Assembly: GCA_049646625.1 (NCBI GenBank)
Contig: JBARWE010000219.1
Location: 4,361-68,360 of the forward strand
Direction of reading: 5' to 3'
DNA: 64,000 nucleotides
Origin: Xanthobacteraceae bacterium
GTDB taxonomy: Bacteria > Pseudomonadota > Alphaproteobacteria > Rhizobiales > Xanthobacteraceae
Part shown: positions 47,231 to 56,771 of the stretch, piece after piece
How the letters are laid out: the number at the start of each line of letters is the position of its first letter
Position numbering within the stretch: position 1 is the first letter of the stretch
The notes under the pieces: model-generated
Database searches by the model: none
Told to the model about the DNA's origin: nothing
The model's input: only the letters and a program-made list of their open reading frames with translations
Position numbers and translations under genes: made by a program

Positions 47231-48247
47231 TTGAGCAATCCATCCTTGCTTGCCGATACCAACCTCGCCGACGAACGCAATCGGCGCGCGCGACAGGTGG
47301 CTACCGCTCTGATTGTCGCTGCCATAGCCGGAATGATTCCGCTCGTGGTGAGCGATGTCTACACGATGAACGTGTTGATCCTGACGCTGATGTATGTCGC
47401 GCTGTCGCAAAGCTGGAATATTCTGGGTGGATACTGCGGTCAGATATCGCTCGGTCATGCGATCTATTTCGGCATAGGCGCGTATGTGACCACGGCAGCG
47501 CTGCTGGTGGCCGGCATCCTGCCGTGGTTCGGCATGCTGGCGGGAGGTATGACTGCTGCCGTCATCGCGCTTTTCCTCGGCTACTTCTGCTTTCGCCTCG
47601 GCGGGCACTATTACACGATTGCAACCATTGTGATCGCCGAGGCTGCCCTTCTTATATTTCTCAACTGGGAGTTCGTCGGCGCTGCGCTCGGCCTGCAGCT
47701 TCCCTATACTGGTGACAGTTGGGCGACGTTGCAGTTCGGGCAAAGCAAGCTGCCGTATTTCTATCTTGCGCTTGGCTTTTCGCTGATCACCTGGCTGATC
47801 GCCTGGACTATCGAAGGCAGTCGGTGGGGCTACTGGTGGCGGGCGGTCAAGGACGACGCCGAGGCGGCCGAAAGCCTGGGCGTCAACATCTTCAGTTCGA
47901 AGATGGCCGCGTCCGGGATATCCGCGTTTCTCACAGCGGTCGGTGGCGGTTTTTACGCGCTGTTCGTCTCCTATATCGAACCGCAGAGCGTTCTTGGATT
48001 TCAGATATCGCTCCTGATCGCACTGCCGGCGGTCCTCGGTGGCATCGGCACCCTGTGGGGGCCGGCAGTGGGGGCCATCATCCTCATCCCGATCGGAGAG
48101 CTGACGCGCAGTTATATCGGCGGCTCCGGCAGCGGCGCCCACCTCGTGATCTACGGAACGCTGATCGTGATTGTCTCGCTCCTACGGCCGGAAGGGTTGA
48201 GCAGCGTGCTGTCGGTGAGCAAGCGTGCCAATGGGGTGACCCGATGA
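47231..48247 (+). CDS. Branched-chain-type ABC permease (LivM-like)
   Basis: 338 aa. GYCGQISLGHAIYFGIGAY ... GGIGTLWGPAVGA. TTG start, and the exact start is uncertain. Confidence 0.84.
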   Translation: MSNPSLLADTNLADERNRRARQVATALIVAAIAGMIPLVVSDVYTMNVLILTLMYVALSQSWNILGGYCGQISLGHAIYFGIGAYVTTAALLVAGILPWFGMLAGGMTAAVIALFLGYFCFRLGGHYYTIATIVIAEAALLIFLNWEFVGAALGLQLPYTGDSWATLQFGQSKLPYFYLALGFSLITWLIAWTIEGSRWGYWWRAVKDDAEAAESLGVNIFSSKMAASGISAFLTAVGGGFYALFVSYIEPQSVLGFQISLLIALPAVLGGIGTLWGPAVGAIILIPIGELTRSYIGGSGSGAHLVIYGTLIVIVSLLRPEGLSSVLSVSKRANGVTR

Positions 48248-48975
48248 CAAAAGCTGCTCTTTTGGAGGCGCGCGGCATTACCAAATATTTTGGAGCGCTC
48301 AGAGCCAACAAAGACGTCTCCCTTCAGGTGGAGGAAGGCGAGATCGTAGGTCTGATTGGCCCGAACGGCGCCGGCAAATCCACATTCTTCAACATCATCG
48401 CCGGGGCGTTCCTGCCGACGTCCGGGACGATCGCGTTCCAGGGAAACGACGTTACTTCGCTTGGACCGGCCGTGCGTTGCGCGCGCGGTATCGCCCGCAC
48501 ATTCCAGGTCGTGCGTAGCTTCGATTCCATGAATGTCGTCGACAATGTCATCGTCGGCTCGCTTTTGCGCACGTTCAAACCGAAGGAGGCCCGTCGCGCG
48601 GCTTGCGATGTGCTGGAATTCGTCGAGCTGGACGCACGGGCCGGAACGCGGGCGGGCGACCTGACCTCGCCCGAGAAACGACGGCTTGAGTTGGCGAGGG
48701 CGCTTGCGACTGCGCCGAAGCTTCTGTTGCTCGACGAGGTCATGGCTGGTCTGACGCCGACCGAAGCCCAGCGTGGCGTCGAGCTGATCAAGCGGATCAG
48801 GGCCAAGGGAGTTACCATCATCATGGTCGAGCATGTGATGGAGATCGTGATGCCGCTCGTCGATCGGGCGGTTGTTCTCGACCTCGGCGAACTCATCGCT
48901 GCCGGCTCGCCGCAGGACGTGATCAACGATCCGAAGGTGATCACGGCGTACCTCGGAGACCGCAAATATGCTTGA
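48244..48975 (+). CDS. ABC ATP-binding protein (LivG-like)
   Basis: ATGA overlap with the upstream gene. Walker A GPNGAGKST, Walker B LLLDEVMAGL. Confidence 0.9.
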   Translation: MTKAALLEARGITKYFGALRANKDVSLQVEEGEIVGLIGPNGAGKSTFFNIIAGAFLPTSGTIAFQGNDVTSLGPAVRCARGIARTFQVVRSFDSMNVVDNVIVGSLLRTFKPKEARRAACDVLEFVELDARAGTRAGDLTSPEKRRLELARALATAPKLLLLDEVMAGLTPTEAQRGVELIKRIRAKGVTIIMVEHVMEIVMPLVDRAVVLDLGELIAAGSPQDVINDPKVITAYLGDRKYA

Positions 48976-49672
48976 GGTCTCCAATCTGACGACAGCTTAT
49001 CAGGGGCTGATTGCGATATCGGGCGTGTCGTTCCGCGTTGGCGAAGGAGAGATCGTTACGATTGCCGGCGCGAACGGGGCGGGGAAGTCGACTCTGTTGA
49101 AAACCGTTGCCGGGATGGAGCGTGCGCGTGAGGGAACGATCACCTTTCGCGGCGAGGTGATCACCGGCGAGAAAGCTTACCGGATTACCGCGCGCGGAAT
49201 TGCTTTTGTGCCCGAGAACCGGCGGCTTTTCCCGCGGCTTTCAGTGCGGACGAATCTCGAGCTTGGCAGCTTTCTGTTCCGTAAAGAGGCGGATCGAAAT
49301 GCACCGCTGGACGAGGTTTTCAGGCTGTTTCCCGTCTTGCGTTCCCGTCTCGACCAATTGGCGGGAACGCTGTCGGGAGGCGAGCAGCAGATGCTGGCGA
49401 TCGGACGCGCGCTGATGACGCGCCCCATCTTGCTGATGCTGGATGAGCCGTCTCAGGGTATCATGCCGAAGTTGGTAGATCAGATTTTTGAGGCCGTTAA
49501 AGCAATACGCGAAACGGGCGTTACGGTTCTCCTGGTCGAACAGCGGCTTGCTGAAAGCCTGAGTATTGCCGACAATGCCGTGGTCCTTCAAACCGGAAAA
49601 GTCGTCCTCGAAGGAGATGCCGCAACGGTCAGGAACCACCCCGATATCCAGAAAGCCTATCTCGGCGGCTAA
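48968..49672 (+). CDS. ABC ATP-binding protein (LivF-like)
   Basis: Walker A GANGAGKST, signature LSGGEQQML, Walker B LMLDEPSQGI. Confidence 0.9.
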   Translation: MLEVSNLTTAYQGLIAISGVSFRVGEGEIVTIAGANGAGKSTLLKTVAGMERAREGTITFRGEVITGEKAYRITARGIAFVPENRRLFPRLSVRTNLELGSFLFRKEADRNAPLDEVFRLFPVLRSRLDQLAGTLSGGEQQMLAIGRALMTRPILLMLDEPSQGIMPKLVDQIFEAVKAIRETGVTVLLVEQRLAESLSIADNAVVLQTGKVVLEGDAATVRNHPDIQKAYLGG

Positions 49673-49690
49673 GATATGCGGAATGCCGCC

Positions 49691-50377
49691 TCAGGAAGCC
49701 TGACGCTTGCGTTGTGAGGGGGAATTGTTCGACGGGGCATCGAGTGACGACAGGATGTGGGCTTCGATCAGCATGCGCGCCTTGCCGGCATCCCCCTTCT
49801 TGATCGCGTCAAGAACGGGTTCGTGTTCGTCGGCGGCATCAACGAGGTTTTCATAATAGGAATTGTCGATAGTAAGCGCCATCCTGATTTGGGCATTGAG
49901 CATATCGCTCACCTTCATCACATAAGGGTTGCCTGAAAGCTCGCAGAGAATACGGTGAAACTCCAACTCGGCGCCTACGAATTTATCGAGTTCTTTCTTG
50001 CGGGCGTGACGCTTCATAACCGTGATGCATGAGTCCAGAGGTGACAAGTCGAGGCTCTTCCGGTTGCGGGTGACCTCACGAATGGCAAGGCCCTCGATCG
50101 CTGCGCGTAGTTCATAGAGCGAACGGATCTTCGACATCGTCATCCGAATGACCGAAGTGCCGAAATGGGTCTTGCTTTCCAGCAGGCCGTCCTGGAGCAG
50201 GCGGTTCACGGCCTCTCGAACCGGCGCCCGGCTGATTTGGAGGTTCTTGGCAATCTGCGCCTCCACCACACGCGATCCCTGTTCAAGTTCACCCGACAGG
50301 ATGGCGGCGCGGAGATGTTCATAGACCTGCTCCGCAATCGAAAGCCGATCAATCTGCATCCCCGAGGTTGTAGCCAT
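49691..50377 (-). CDS. GntR-family (FadR/FCD subfamily) transcriptional regulator
   Basis: ATG 50377 lies 6 nt after GGAGAA. HTH: EAQIAKNLQISRAPVREAVNRLLQDGLL. The helical C-terminal FCD-like domain includes EHEPVLDAIKKGD. Confidence 0.88.
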   Translation of the reverse strand: MATTSGMQIDRLSIAEQVYEHLRAAILSGELEQGSRVVEAQIAKNLQISRAPVREAVNRLLQDGLLESKTHFGTSVIRMTMSKIRSLYELRAAIEGLAIREVTRNRKSLDLSPLDSCITVMKRHARKKELDKFVGAELEFHRILCELSGNPYVMKVSDMLNAQIRMALTIDNSYYENLVDAADEHEPVLDAIKKGDAGKARMLIEAHILSSLDAPSNNSPSQRKRQAS

Positions 50378-50446
50378 TTCGATTTCTCCGATTCCGCAAG
50401 TTCTGACCTCCGTCGCTCTTGACATCGCGGCGGAAAGAGTGTGATC

Positions 50447-50461
50447 TGTCCACTGTCGACA
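50447..50461. promoter_or_regulatory. Second copy of the operator-like motif TGTCCACTGTCGACA, downstream of TTGACA (50419-50424)
   Basis: 15/15 identity with 44941-44955. It lies between the GntR gene and the divergent NTF2-like / aminotransferase / hyuAB operon. Confidence 0.6.
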
Positions 50462-50507
50462 ATCTCTAGGCGACGAGAGTCATTGTTCCTGATGGTGCTG
50501 AGGTAAC

Positions 50508-50888
50508 ATGCTGAGTCCTGCGGAGGAAGTGCACGATCGGCTAATTGACTACTTCGATGCGCTTTATCACGGTGATGTGCCGCTTTTTACGAAGCTATTT
50601 CACCCCAAGGCCTGTCTTTTTTCTCCGACGGGCGGTGAGCTTCTCGTCCTGGATGTGCCGAGCTACCTCGATATCGTCGCGGGACGACAGGCGCCGGCGG
50701 CACGGGGCGATCGCAGGGATGACCGGATCCTCAGCATCGATATTCCCACCCCGACCACGGCGCATGCGCGCGTTCAGGAACTATTTCTTCCCAAGCGATT
50801 CACCGACGAACTGACATTCATCCGCGTGCAGGACGAGTGGAAGATCATTTCCAAGGTCTGGCACTTCGAGATCGAGCCAGTCGACTGA
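50508..50888 (+). CDS. NTF2-like (putative lumazine-binding / SnoaL-like) protein
   Basis: 126 aa. The pattern is an N-terminal helix ending DALYHGDV..F..LFHP, then a beta-rich C-terminus DEWKIISKVWHFE. Confidence 0.6.
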   Translation: MLSPAEEVHDRLIDYFDALYHGDVPLFTKLFHPKACLFSPTGGELLVLDVPSYLDIVAGRQAPAARGDRRDDRILSIDIPTPTTAHARVQELFLPKRFTDELTFIRVQDEWKIISKVWHFEIEPVD

Positions 50889-50940
50889 TCGTTAACGTTC
50901 TATCACCGTTCACCTTCGGTGGGCGGCAAGGAGAGTAATT

Positions 50941-52221
50941 GTGAACGACTTGCGGGATGCATCTTCACTCAAGACCAGTACGGAGGTTCTGTCCGCGTAT
51001 GTCGAGCGGTCGTGGCGCTCGAATGCGCTTCGCCAGATCGAGAAGGGAATCGATTTTGTTATCGGCAAGCGCGAGGGTGTTCATCTTTGGAATCTTGAAG
51101 GCACCAAGAAGGTGATCGACTGCGGCACGGCTGGTGGCGTCCATGCCCTCGGCCACCGCCATCCAGCCGTTGTCCGCGCTCTGCGCGACGCAATCGACGA
51201 CGGGCGCGACACGGGACTGTGGTCGCTGCCGAATGTCGAGTACCTCAAATTGCAGGATCGCCTCGCTGCGCTTGCGCCGGTCAAGGCCCTCAATCGCAGC
51301 GTCGTCACGTTGAGTTCGACCACATCGGTGGATGTGGCGACGATGTTCGCCTTCCGCGCCACCGGCCGCCAGAAGATTCTGGCATTCCGTCACGGCTATC
51401 ACGGCCATTCCGGCTTCGCCGCGCTTGCCACCGGCTCTGCTGAAGAAGGGGTGATCGACTACTATAAGCTTCCTGATGGATACGTTCGTTTTTTCGAGAC
51501 ATATGGCGACCTTGAGGAGGCCGACCGGCTGCTTACTGATGATATCGCCGCATTAATCCTCGAACCGATCAATTATGAAACGTTCGAGCCGGCATCGAAG
51601 GCGTATTTTGAGGGGTTGAACAGGCTTTGCCATGCTCGGGGCATCCTGTTTGTTGTCGACGAGACACGGACCGGGCTTGGCCGCACCGGCTGCCTGTGGG
51701 CGTCGCAGCGGTATGATATCGAGCCTGACATGCTGATCACCGGAAAGGGGTTGTCGGGCGGGATGTATCCGGTCAGCGCGCTGATGCTCAGGGAGCCGAT
51801 CTATGAGGAGTGCATGAATCAGCACAACTTCTCCTACATCAGCAGCCTGGGTGGCAACGAGATCAGTTGTCTTGTGGCGGGTGCCGTTCTCGACGTTGCA
51901 AGCCAGGAGTCTTTTCTTTCTCATGTGAGGACGATTTCCGAGGCTTTCGGTGGCATGCTGAGCGAGGTTTGCCGCAAGTACCACAATATGCTGTCGTTGG
52001 GCGTCGTTCACGGCGGGATATTCACGGTGAAGGTCAGCGACCCGGAGACGGCGCGACGCCTCTACAAGGCGATGTACGATCATGGCGTGCTGTGCCATTC
52101 CGTTTCCGTTATTGAACCCACGGTCCTGAAATTCCTGCCGCCTCTCATCCTCAGTGAGGATCAGGCCAAGGGCATTGCCTGTGCGCTGGAGAGCGCGGCA
52201 AGGGACGTGCTGTCGCCCTAG
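50941..52221 (+). CDS. Class III (omega) aminotransferase, PLP-dependent
   Basis: 426 aa. VVDETRTGLGRTG and the PLP-lysine context ITGKGLSGG. The GTG start follows GGAGAG. Confidence 0.88.
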   Translation: MNDLRDASSLKTSTEVLSAYVERSWRSNALRQIEKGIDFVIGKREGVHLWNLEGTKKVIDCGTAGGVHALGHRHPAVVRALRDAIDDGRDTGLWSLPNVEYLKLQDRLAALAPVKALNRSVVTLSSTTSVDVATMFAFRATGRQKILAFRHGYHGHSGFAALATGSAEEGVIDYYKLPDGYVRFFETYGDLEEADRLLTDDIAALILEPINYETFEPASKAYFEGLNRLCHARGILFVVDETRTGLGRTGCLWASQRYDIEPDMLITGKGLSGGMYPVSALMLREPIYEECMNQHNFSYISSLGGNEISCLVAGAVLDVASQESFLSHVRTISEAFGGMLSEVCRKYHNMLSLGVVHGGIFTVKVSDPETARRLYKAMYDHGVLCHSVSVIEPTVLKFLPPLILSEDQAKGIACALESAARDVLSP

Positions 52222-52278
52222 CCGCGCCCGTTAACATGACGTGGCTGTAGGTGAACGGAGCTTTTCTGTGGAGGCGGT

Positions 52279-54294
52279 ATGCCTGGTTGGCAGGTAGGCA
52301 TTGATATCGGCGGGACCTTCACGGATGTCGTCGCGATCGACGGGGTTTCCGGGAAGATTGCGTCGGCCAAGGTCCGGACATTCCGCAACGATCCGATCAA
52401 GAGTCTTTTGGGAGGACTGGAGGCGGTCGGGCTGCGCTGGGACGAGGTGGACGATCTGGTTCATGGGACCACCGCCGTCACCAATGCGATCGTGGAAGGG
52501 CGGACGGCCAAGGTGGCTCTCGTCACCACCGAGGGTTTCGCCGACGTCCTTGCCATCGGGCGCCAGAACCGTCGGGACCTCTACCGTCTGGATGTTCCTC
52601 CGAAGATCGAGCCGCAGGTACCATCCGAGCTTTGTTTCGAGGTGGAGGAGCGCACCGATTACAAGGGAAACGTCGTCTCTCCGCTCAATCACAGTTCGGT
52701 GGAACGGTTGGCTGGGGCGCTTGCGCAGGCGGGCGTCGATTCGATTGCGATCTCCCTGCTCCACTCCTATGCCAACCCTGTTCATGAGCGGAAACTGTTT
52801 GAGCGGCTGAAGAAGGTGGTGCCGCATGTTGCGCTGTCGCATCGGGTTAATCCCGAGGTGAGGGAGTTCGAGCGTGCGAGCACGACTGTTCTGAGTGCCA
52901 GCGTCATGCCGCTTGTATCTGGCTATATCGATCGCCTGGAGGCCAGCAAACCACCGGCAAGCCGTCTTCACTTCTTCCATTCGGCAAGCGGGCTGTGCGC
53001 GCCGGTGGTGTTGCGTGAGCTGCCGCTCGCGCTTGCATTGTCGGGGCCGGCGGCTGGCGTGGCGGCGGCCAGCCGGATCGCGCGCGAACTGGGGCTTAGT
53101 CGCGCGCTGACTTTCGACATGGGCGGCACGACGACCGATGTCTGCCTTATCGTCGATGGGGAGGCGGAGATCTCCGCCGACCGCAGTCTTGCCGGCCGGC
53201 CGCTGCGGGCGCCGGCGGTGGCGGTCGAGGCCGTCGGGGCCGGCGGCGGCTCTGTCGTGCGTTACGATGGACGGGTGATCCGCGTCGGACCGGATAGTGC
53301 AGGGGCCGATCCCGGCCCGGCTTGTTACGGATTGGGCGGTGTGGAGCCTACCCTTAGCGACGCCGATATTCTGCTTGGCTATCTGCAGGATGGTGCGACA
53401 TTTGGCGGCAACATCGTGCTGAGTCGAAATCTGGCCGAGAAGGCGATTGCGCCTCTTGCTGGCCAACTGGCACTGTCGCCACAGGAAACGGCGCAGGGTA
53501 TCGTCAAGGTCGCCAACAATGCGATGAGCAACGCGCTGCGCCGGGTGACGGTGGAACGCGGGATCGATGCACGCAGCTGTGCCTTGATTGCCTTTGGTGG
53601 CGCCGGCCCGATGCATGCCGTCGAGGTGGCAAGGCTGCTCGGCATCCGCAAGGTGATTGTGCCCGGTCATTCCAGTGCGCTGTCGGCGCTGGGATGCGTG
53701 TCTTCCGATATCAGCTACACGCTGCACCGGTCGATCTATCTGAGCAGCGTCAACTGGGACAAGGCGAACCTCGACCGGACCCGCGCGGACATCATCGCCG
53801 AGATCAGCCGGCTTCTGGGAAGCATCGATAAGACGCCGGAATTCAGATGGATCGCTGCTGTCCGTTATGCCGGCCAGAGTTATGCGGTCGAACTGCCGCA
53901 GCCGGACCTCGATTCCCCGTCCGATCTCGGCGACCGCTTTCGTGAACGCCACTCGCAGCTCTACGGTTTTGCCACCGACGAGCCGTGGGAAGTGGTCGCG
54001 CTGCGGTTGACAGCGACGGTGCCGAGGCGGATTCCGCGTGGCGGAGAGCCTGGTGCCGTTGTGACGGCGGGAGACACCGGGAAGCGGCCACAGGGAATGC
54101 GGCAGTGCTATTTTGCGGGCAGTGCGCCTGCGGATACGCCTGAATATGAGCGGACCCGCCTCGCGCAGGGGCGGACCATCACCGGCCCGGCGATCATTTC
54201 CGACAGCATGTCGACGCTGGTGCTGCCGCCGCACAGCCATGCAACCGTTCTGGGATCGGGGCATCTCGACGTCGATACCGGGCTAGGCTCATGA
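52279..54294 (+). CDS. hyuA: Hydantoinase A / oxoprolinase-family ATP-dependent (lact)amidase subunit
   Basis: 671 aa. The N-terminal GIDIGGTFTDVV and a second MGGTTTDV are ASKHA-fold phosphate loops. Confidence 0.9.
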   Translation: MPGWQVGIDIGGTFTDVVAIDGVSGKIASAKVRTFRNDPIKSLLGGLEAVGLRWDEVDDLVHGTTAVTNAIVEGRTAKVALVTTEGFADVLAIGRQNRRDLYRLDVPPKIEPQVPSELCFEVEERTDYKGNVVSPLNHSSVERLAGALAQAGVDSIAISLLHSYANPVHERKLFERLKKVVPHVALSHRVNPEVREFERASTTVLSASVMPLVSGYIDRLEASKPPASRLHFFHSASGLCAPVVLRELPLALALSGPAAGVAAASRIARELGLSRALTFDMGGTTTDVCLIVDGEAEISADRSLAGRPLRAPAVAVEAVGAGGGSVVRYDGRVIRVGPDSAGADPGPACYGLGGVEPTLSDADILLGYLQDGATFGGNIVLSRNLAEKAIAPLAGQLALSPQETAQGIVKVANNAMSNALRRVTVERGIDARSCALIAFGGAGPMHAVEVARLLGIRKVIVPGHSSALSALGCVSSDISYTLHRSIYLSSVNWDKANLDRTRADIIAEISRLLGSIDKTPEFRWIAAVRYAGQSYAVELPQPDLDSPSDLGDRFRERHSQLYGFATDEPWEVVALRLTATVPRRIPRGGEPGAVVTAGDTGKRPQGMRQCYFAGSAPADTPEYERTRLAQGRTITGPAIISDSMSTLVLPPHSHATVLGSGHLDVDTGLGS

Positions 54295-55880
54295 GCACAA
54301 TCGATCCGTTTACCCTCGAAGTCGTGCGGCATGCGCTGAGCAGTACCGCTGAGGAGATGTCGCTCATCGTGATGCGGGCTGCCCGCTCGCCGCTGCTGCG
54401 CGAGGCCGGCGATCTGTCGTCGGCCCTGACCGATCACGATGGTCATCTCATCGCGCAGGGCAAGGATATCCCCATGCATATGGGGGTGATGAGCTTCACG
54501 GTTCGTGAGTTTCTCAAGCGGGTGCCCAAGGACAAGCTCAGGCCGGGCGATGTCTGGTTTCTGAATCTGCCTCATGTCGGGGGCAATCATCTGCCTGACG
54601 TAAAGGCGATCCGCCCCGTCTTCGTCGGTGGCGAGATCTTGGCCTTCGCCGTCAGCCTGGCGCACTGGGCGGATGTCGGCGGCGCGGTTCCGGGCAGCTA
54701 TGTGCCCTTTGCACGCGATGCGTGGCAGGAGGGGCTACGCATCAGCCCGCTGCGTGTGTTCACCGCCGATGGCGTCGATCGGGAAAAGCTCGACATCATC
54801 CTTTCCAACGTGCGGGGGGCTGAGGAGCGGGAGGGCGACATTCTCGCCCAGATGGCGGCGACCCGCGCGGCCGAGCAGCAGCTTCTGCGGCTTTGCGATG
54901 AGCATGGTCATCAGGTCGTGCGTAAGAGCATCGCCGAATTGCACGACTGGGCCGAACAGATGATGGGCGACGCAATCGAGGCGCTGCCGGACGGTGAACT
55001 ATTCGGTGAGGATTTTCTGGACGACGATGGCGCCGGCGGCGCGCCGATCCCCATCCGCGTGAAGGTGCGGATACAGGGTCGCAGGATTTCGTTCGACTTC
55101 TCCGGGAGTGGTGATGCCGCGCGTGGCCCGGTGAATACCACACCGTTCATCGCGGCGGCCTCGGTCTTCTACGTCATGAGGACTCTTTTCGCGCCTGACA
55201 CGCCGCCCAACGGCGGTTGCTATCGGCCGTTCACCATCATCACCCGGCCGTCGTCGGTTCTTGATCCCGGCCCCGACAAGCCGGTCGTGGGCGGCAACCA
55301 CGAGACGTCGCAGCGCATCGCCGACGCGCTGTTTCGGGCGTTCGAATCGATTGTACCGGAGCGGCTCAGCGCCGGTGGACCGACCACGTCCGGCCTCCTG
55401 CTTTTCGCCGGCCGCCGCGAGGATGGCCGCTGGGCCACGCTTTACGAGACGCATGGCGGCGGTGAAGGAGCGCGTTGCGACCGGGACGGCATGCCGGTGC
55501 TGCGCGTTCATATGTCGAACGTGATGAACACGCCGGCGGAGGTGATCGAGGCCGAGTATCCGCTCGAAGTGGTCTATCAGAAGGTCAGGCGGGGATCTGG
55601 CGGCAATGGTGTGCATCGAGGCGGCGACGGTCTCCACCGCTGCTACCGCGTCACCGGTGACGAGGTCTCGCTCACCAGCATGTTCGAGCGGGCCGTCGTT
55701 CCGCCCTATGGCCTGCGTGGCGGCGAGAACGGTGCCCCGTTCAAGGTCGATATCATGCGTGGAGGAGCCGCTGCGGAGCGTTTCGCCGGAAAACAGAACA
55801 CCCGCCTCGGCAAAGGTGATCTGGTTGTTGTTCAGAGTTGCGGAGGGGGCGGATACGGCTCTCCTCGGATAAAGCATTGA
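54291..55880 (+). CDS. hyuB: Hydantoinase B / oxoprolinase-family subunit
   Basis: 529 aa. ATGA overlap with hyuA. DPFTLEVVRHAL ... the typical HyuB N-terminus, plus GGGGYG near the C-terminus. Confidence 0.9.
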   Translation: MSTIDPFTLEVVRHALSSTAEEMSLIVMRAARSPLLREAGDLSSALTDHDGHLIAQGKDIPMHMGVMSFTVREFLKRVPKDKLRPGDVWFLNLPHVGGNHLPDVKAIRPVFVGGEILAFAVSLAHWADVGGAVPGSYVPFARDAWQEGLRISPLRVFTADGVDREKLDIILSNVRGAEEREGDILAQMAATRAAEQQLLRLCDEHGHQVVRKSIAELHDWAEQMMGDAIEALPDGELFGEDFLDDDGAGGAPIPIRVKVRIQGRRISFDFSGSGDAARGPVNTTPFIAAASVFYVMRTLFAPDTPPNGGCYRPFTIITRPSSVLDPGPDKPVVGGNHETSQRIADALFRAFESIVPERLSAGGPTTSGLLLFAGRREDGRWATLYETHGGGEGARCDRDGMPVLRVHMSNVMNTPAEVIEAEYPLEVVYQKVRRGSGGNGVHRGGDGLHRCYRVTGDEVSLTSMFERAVVPPYGLRGGENGAPFKVDIMRGGAAAERFAGKQNTRLGKGDLVVVQSCGGGGYGSPRIKH

Positions 55881-55896
55881 GGAAAGGATAACGAGA

Positions 55897-56679
55897 ATGA
55901 AACTGTCGGGTAGGAATGCAGTCGTCACCGGCGGCGCGAAGGGAATGGGATCGGCGATCACCGAGACGTTGGCGCGGGAAGGCGCCGATATCTTCCTTGC
56001 GGGGCGCGATACCGCCGCGCTGGACGAGGTGGCGGCGGTCGTGAAGGGAATGGGCCGCAAGGCTGGGGTTACGGCTTGCGATGTCGTCGATGAGAAGTCG
56101 GTGGCAGCTATGGCCGAGGCTGCCTCGAAGTTCTTTGATGGCCGGATCGATATTCTGGTCAACGTCGCCGGTGTGACGGGACCGATCGAGACGCCGATCC
56201 AGGACATCAAGCCCGACGATTTCAGCTATGTCATTGAGGCGAACATTCGCGGCTCGTACCTGCCGATCAAATACATTGTTCCGACGATGATCTCGCAGCG
56301 CGCCGGCAAAATCGTCAATATCGGCGGCACGTCCGGACTTCGCGGCTACAAGTATCGCGCCGCCTACAGTTCGTCGAAATGGGGCGTTCGCGGTTTGACA
56401 CGGACCGTGGCCCTGGAGGTCGGCGAGTTCAACATCAACTGCAACGTGGTGTGCCCTGGGATCGTTCATACTCCACGGATGGAGAAGCTCTGCCGCGAGA
56501 AGGCGAAGGTGCGGGGATGGACATACGAGCAGGTCTATGAAGAGTATGTGCAGGACATGGCGTTGAAGCGCGTAACCATGCCGCAGGATATCGCAAATGC
56601 GGTCCTCTTTCTCGCGAGTGATGATGCCCGCAATATCACAGGGCAGGAGTTGGCAGTTGATGGTGGGTGGGACGTTTGA
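55897..56679 (+). CDS. Short-chain dehydrogenase/reductase (SDR)
   Basis: TGGAKGMG cofactor motif and the YSSSK catalytic motif. Confidence 0.9.
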   Translation: MKLSGRNAVVTGGAKGMGSAITETLAREGADIFLAGRDTAALDEVAAVVKGMGRKAGVTACDVVDEKSVAAMAEAASKFFDGRIDILVNVAGVTGPIETPIQDIKPDDFSYVIEANIRGSYLPIKYIVPTMISQRAGKIVNIGGTSGLRGYKYRAAYSSSKWGVRGLTRTVALEVGEFNINCNVVCPGIVHTPRMEKLCREKAKVRGWTYEQVYEEYVQDMALKRVTMPQDIANAVLFLASDDARNITGQELAVDGGWDV

Positions 56680-56711
56680 TAGTCGAGCGGTCAGGTTACA
56701 GTAAATAAGCA

Positions 56712-56739
56712 AGGATGCCCGCCTGATGGCGGGCATCCT
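56712..56739. terminator. Bidirectional stem-loop AGGATGCCCGCC-TGAT-GGCGGGCATCCT between convergent genes
   Basis: 12-bp perfect stem with a 4-nt loop, lying between the SDR (+) and Lrp (-) stop codons. The flanks are A/T-rich. Confidence 0.7.
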
Positions 56740-56771
56740 ATATCGCTGTGTAAGCGCCGGCAGGCCCGACG

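Noticed and set aside
52231-54264. 677-aa minus-strand ORF antisense to hyuA
   Set aside because: The translation is low-complexity and Arg/Pro-rich with no motifs. The plus strand encodes an intact HyuA with ASKHA phosphate loops.
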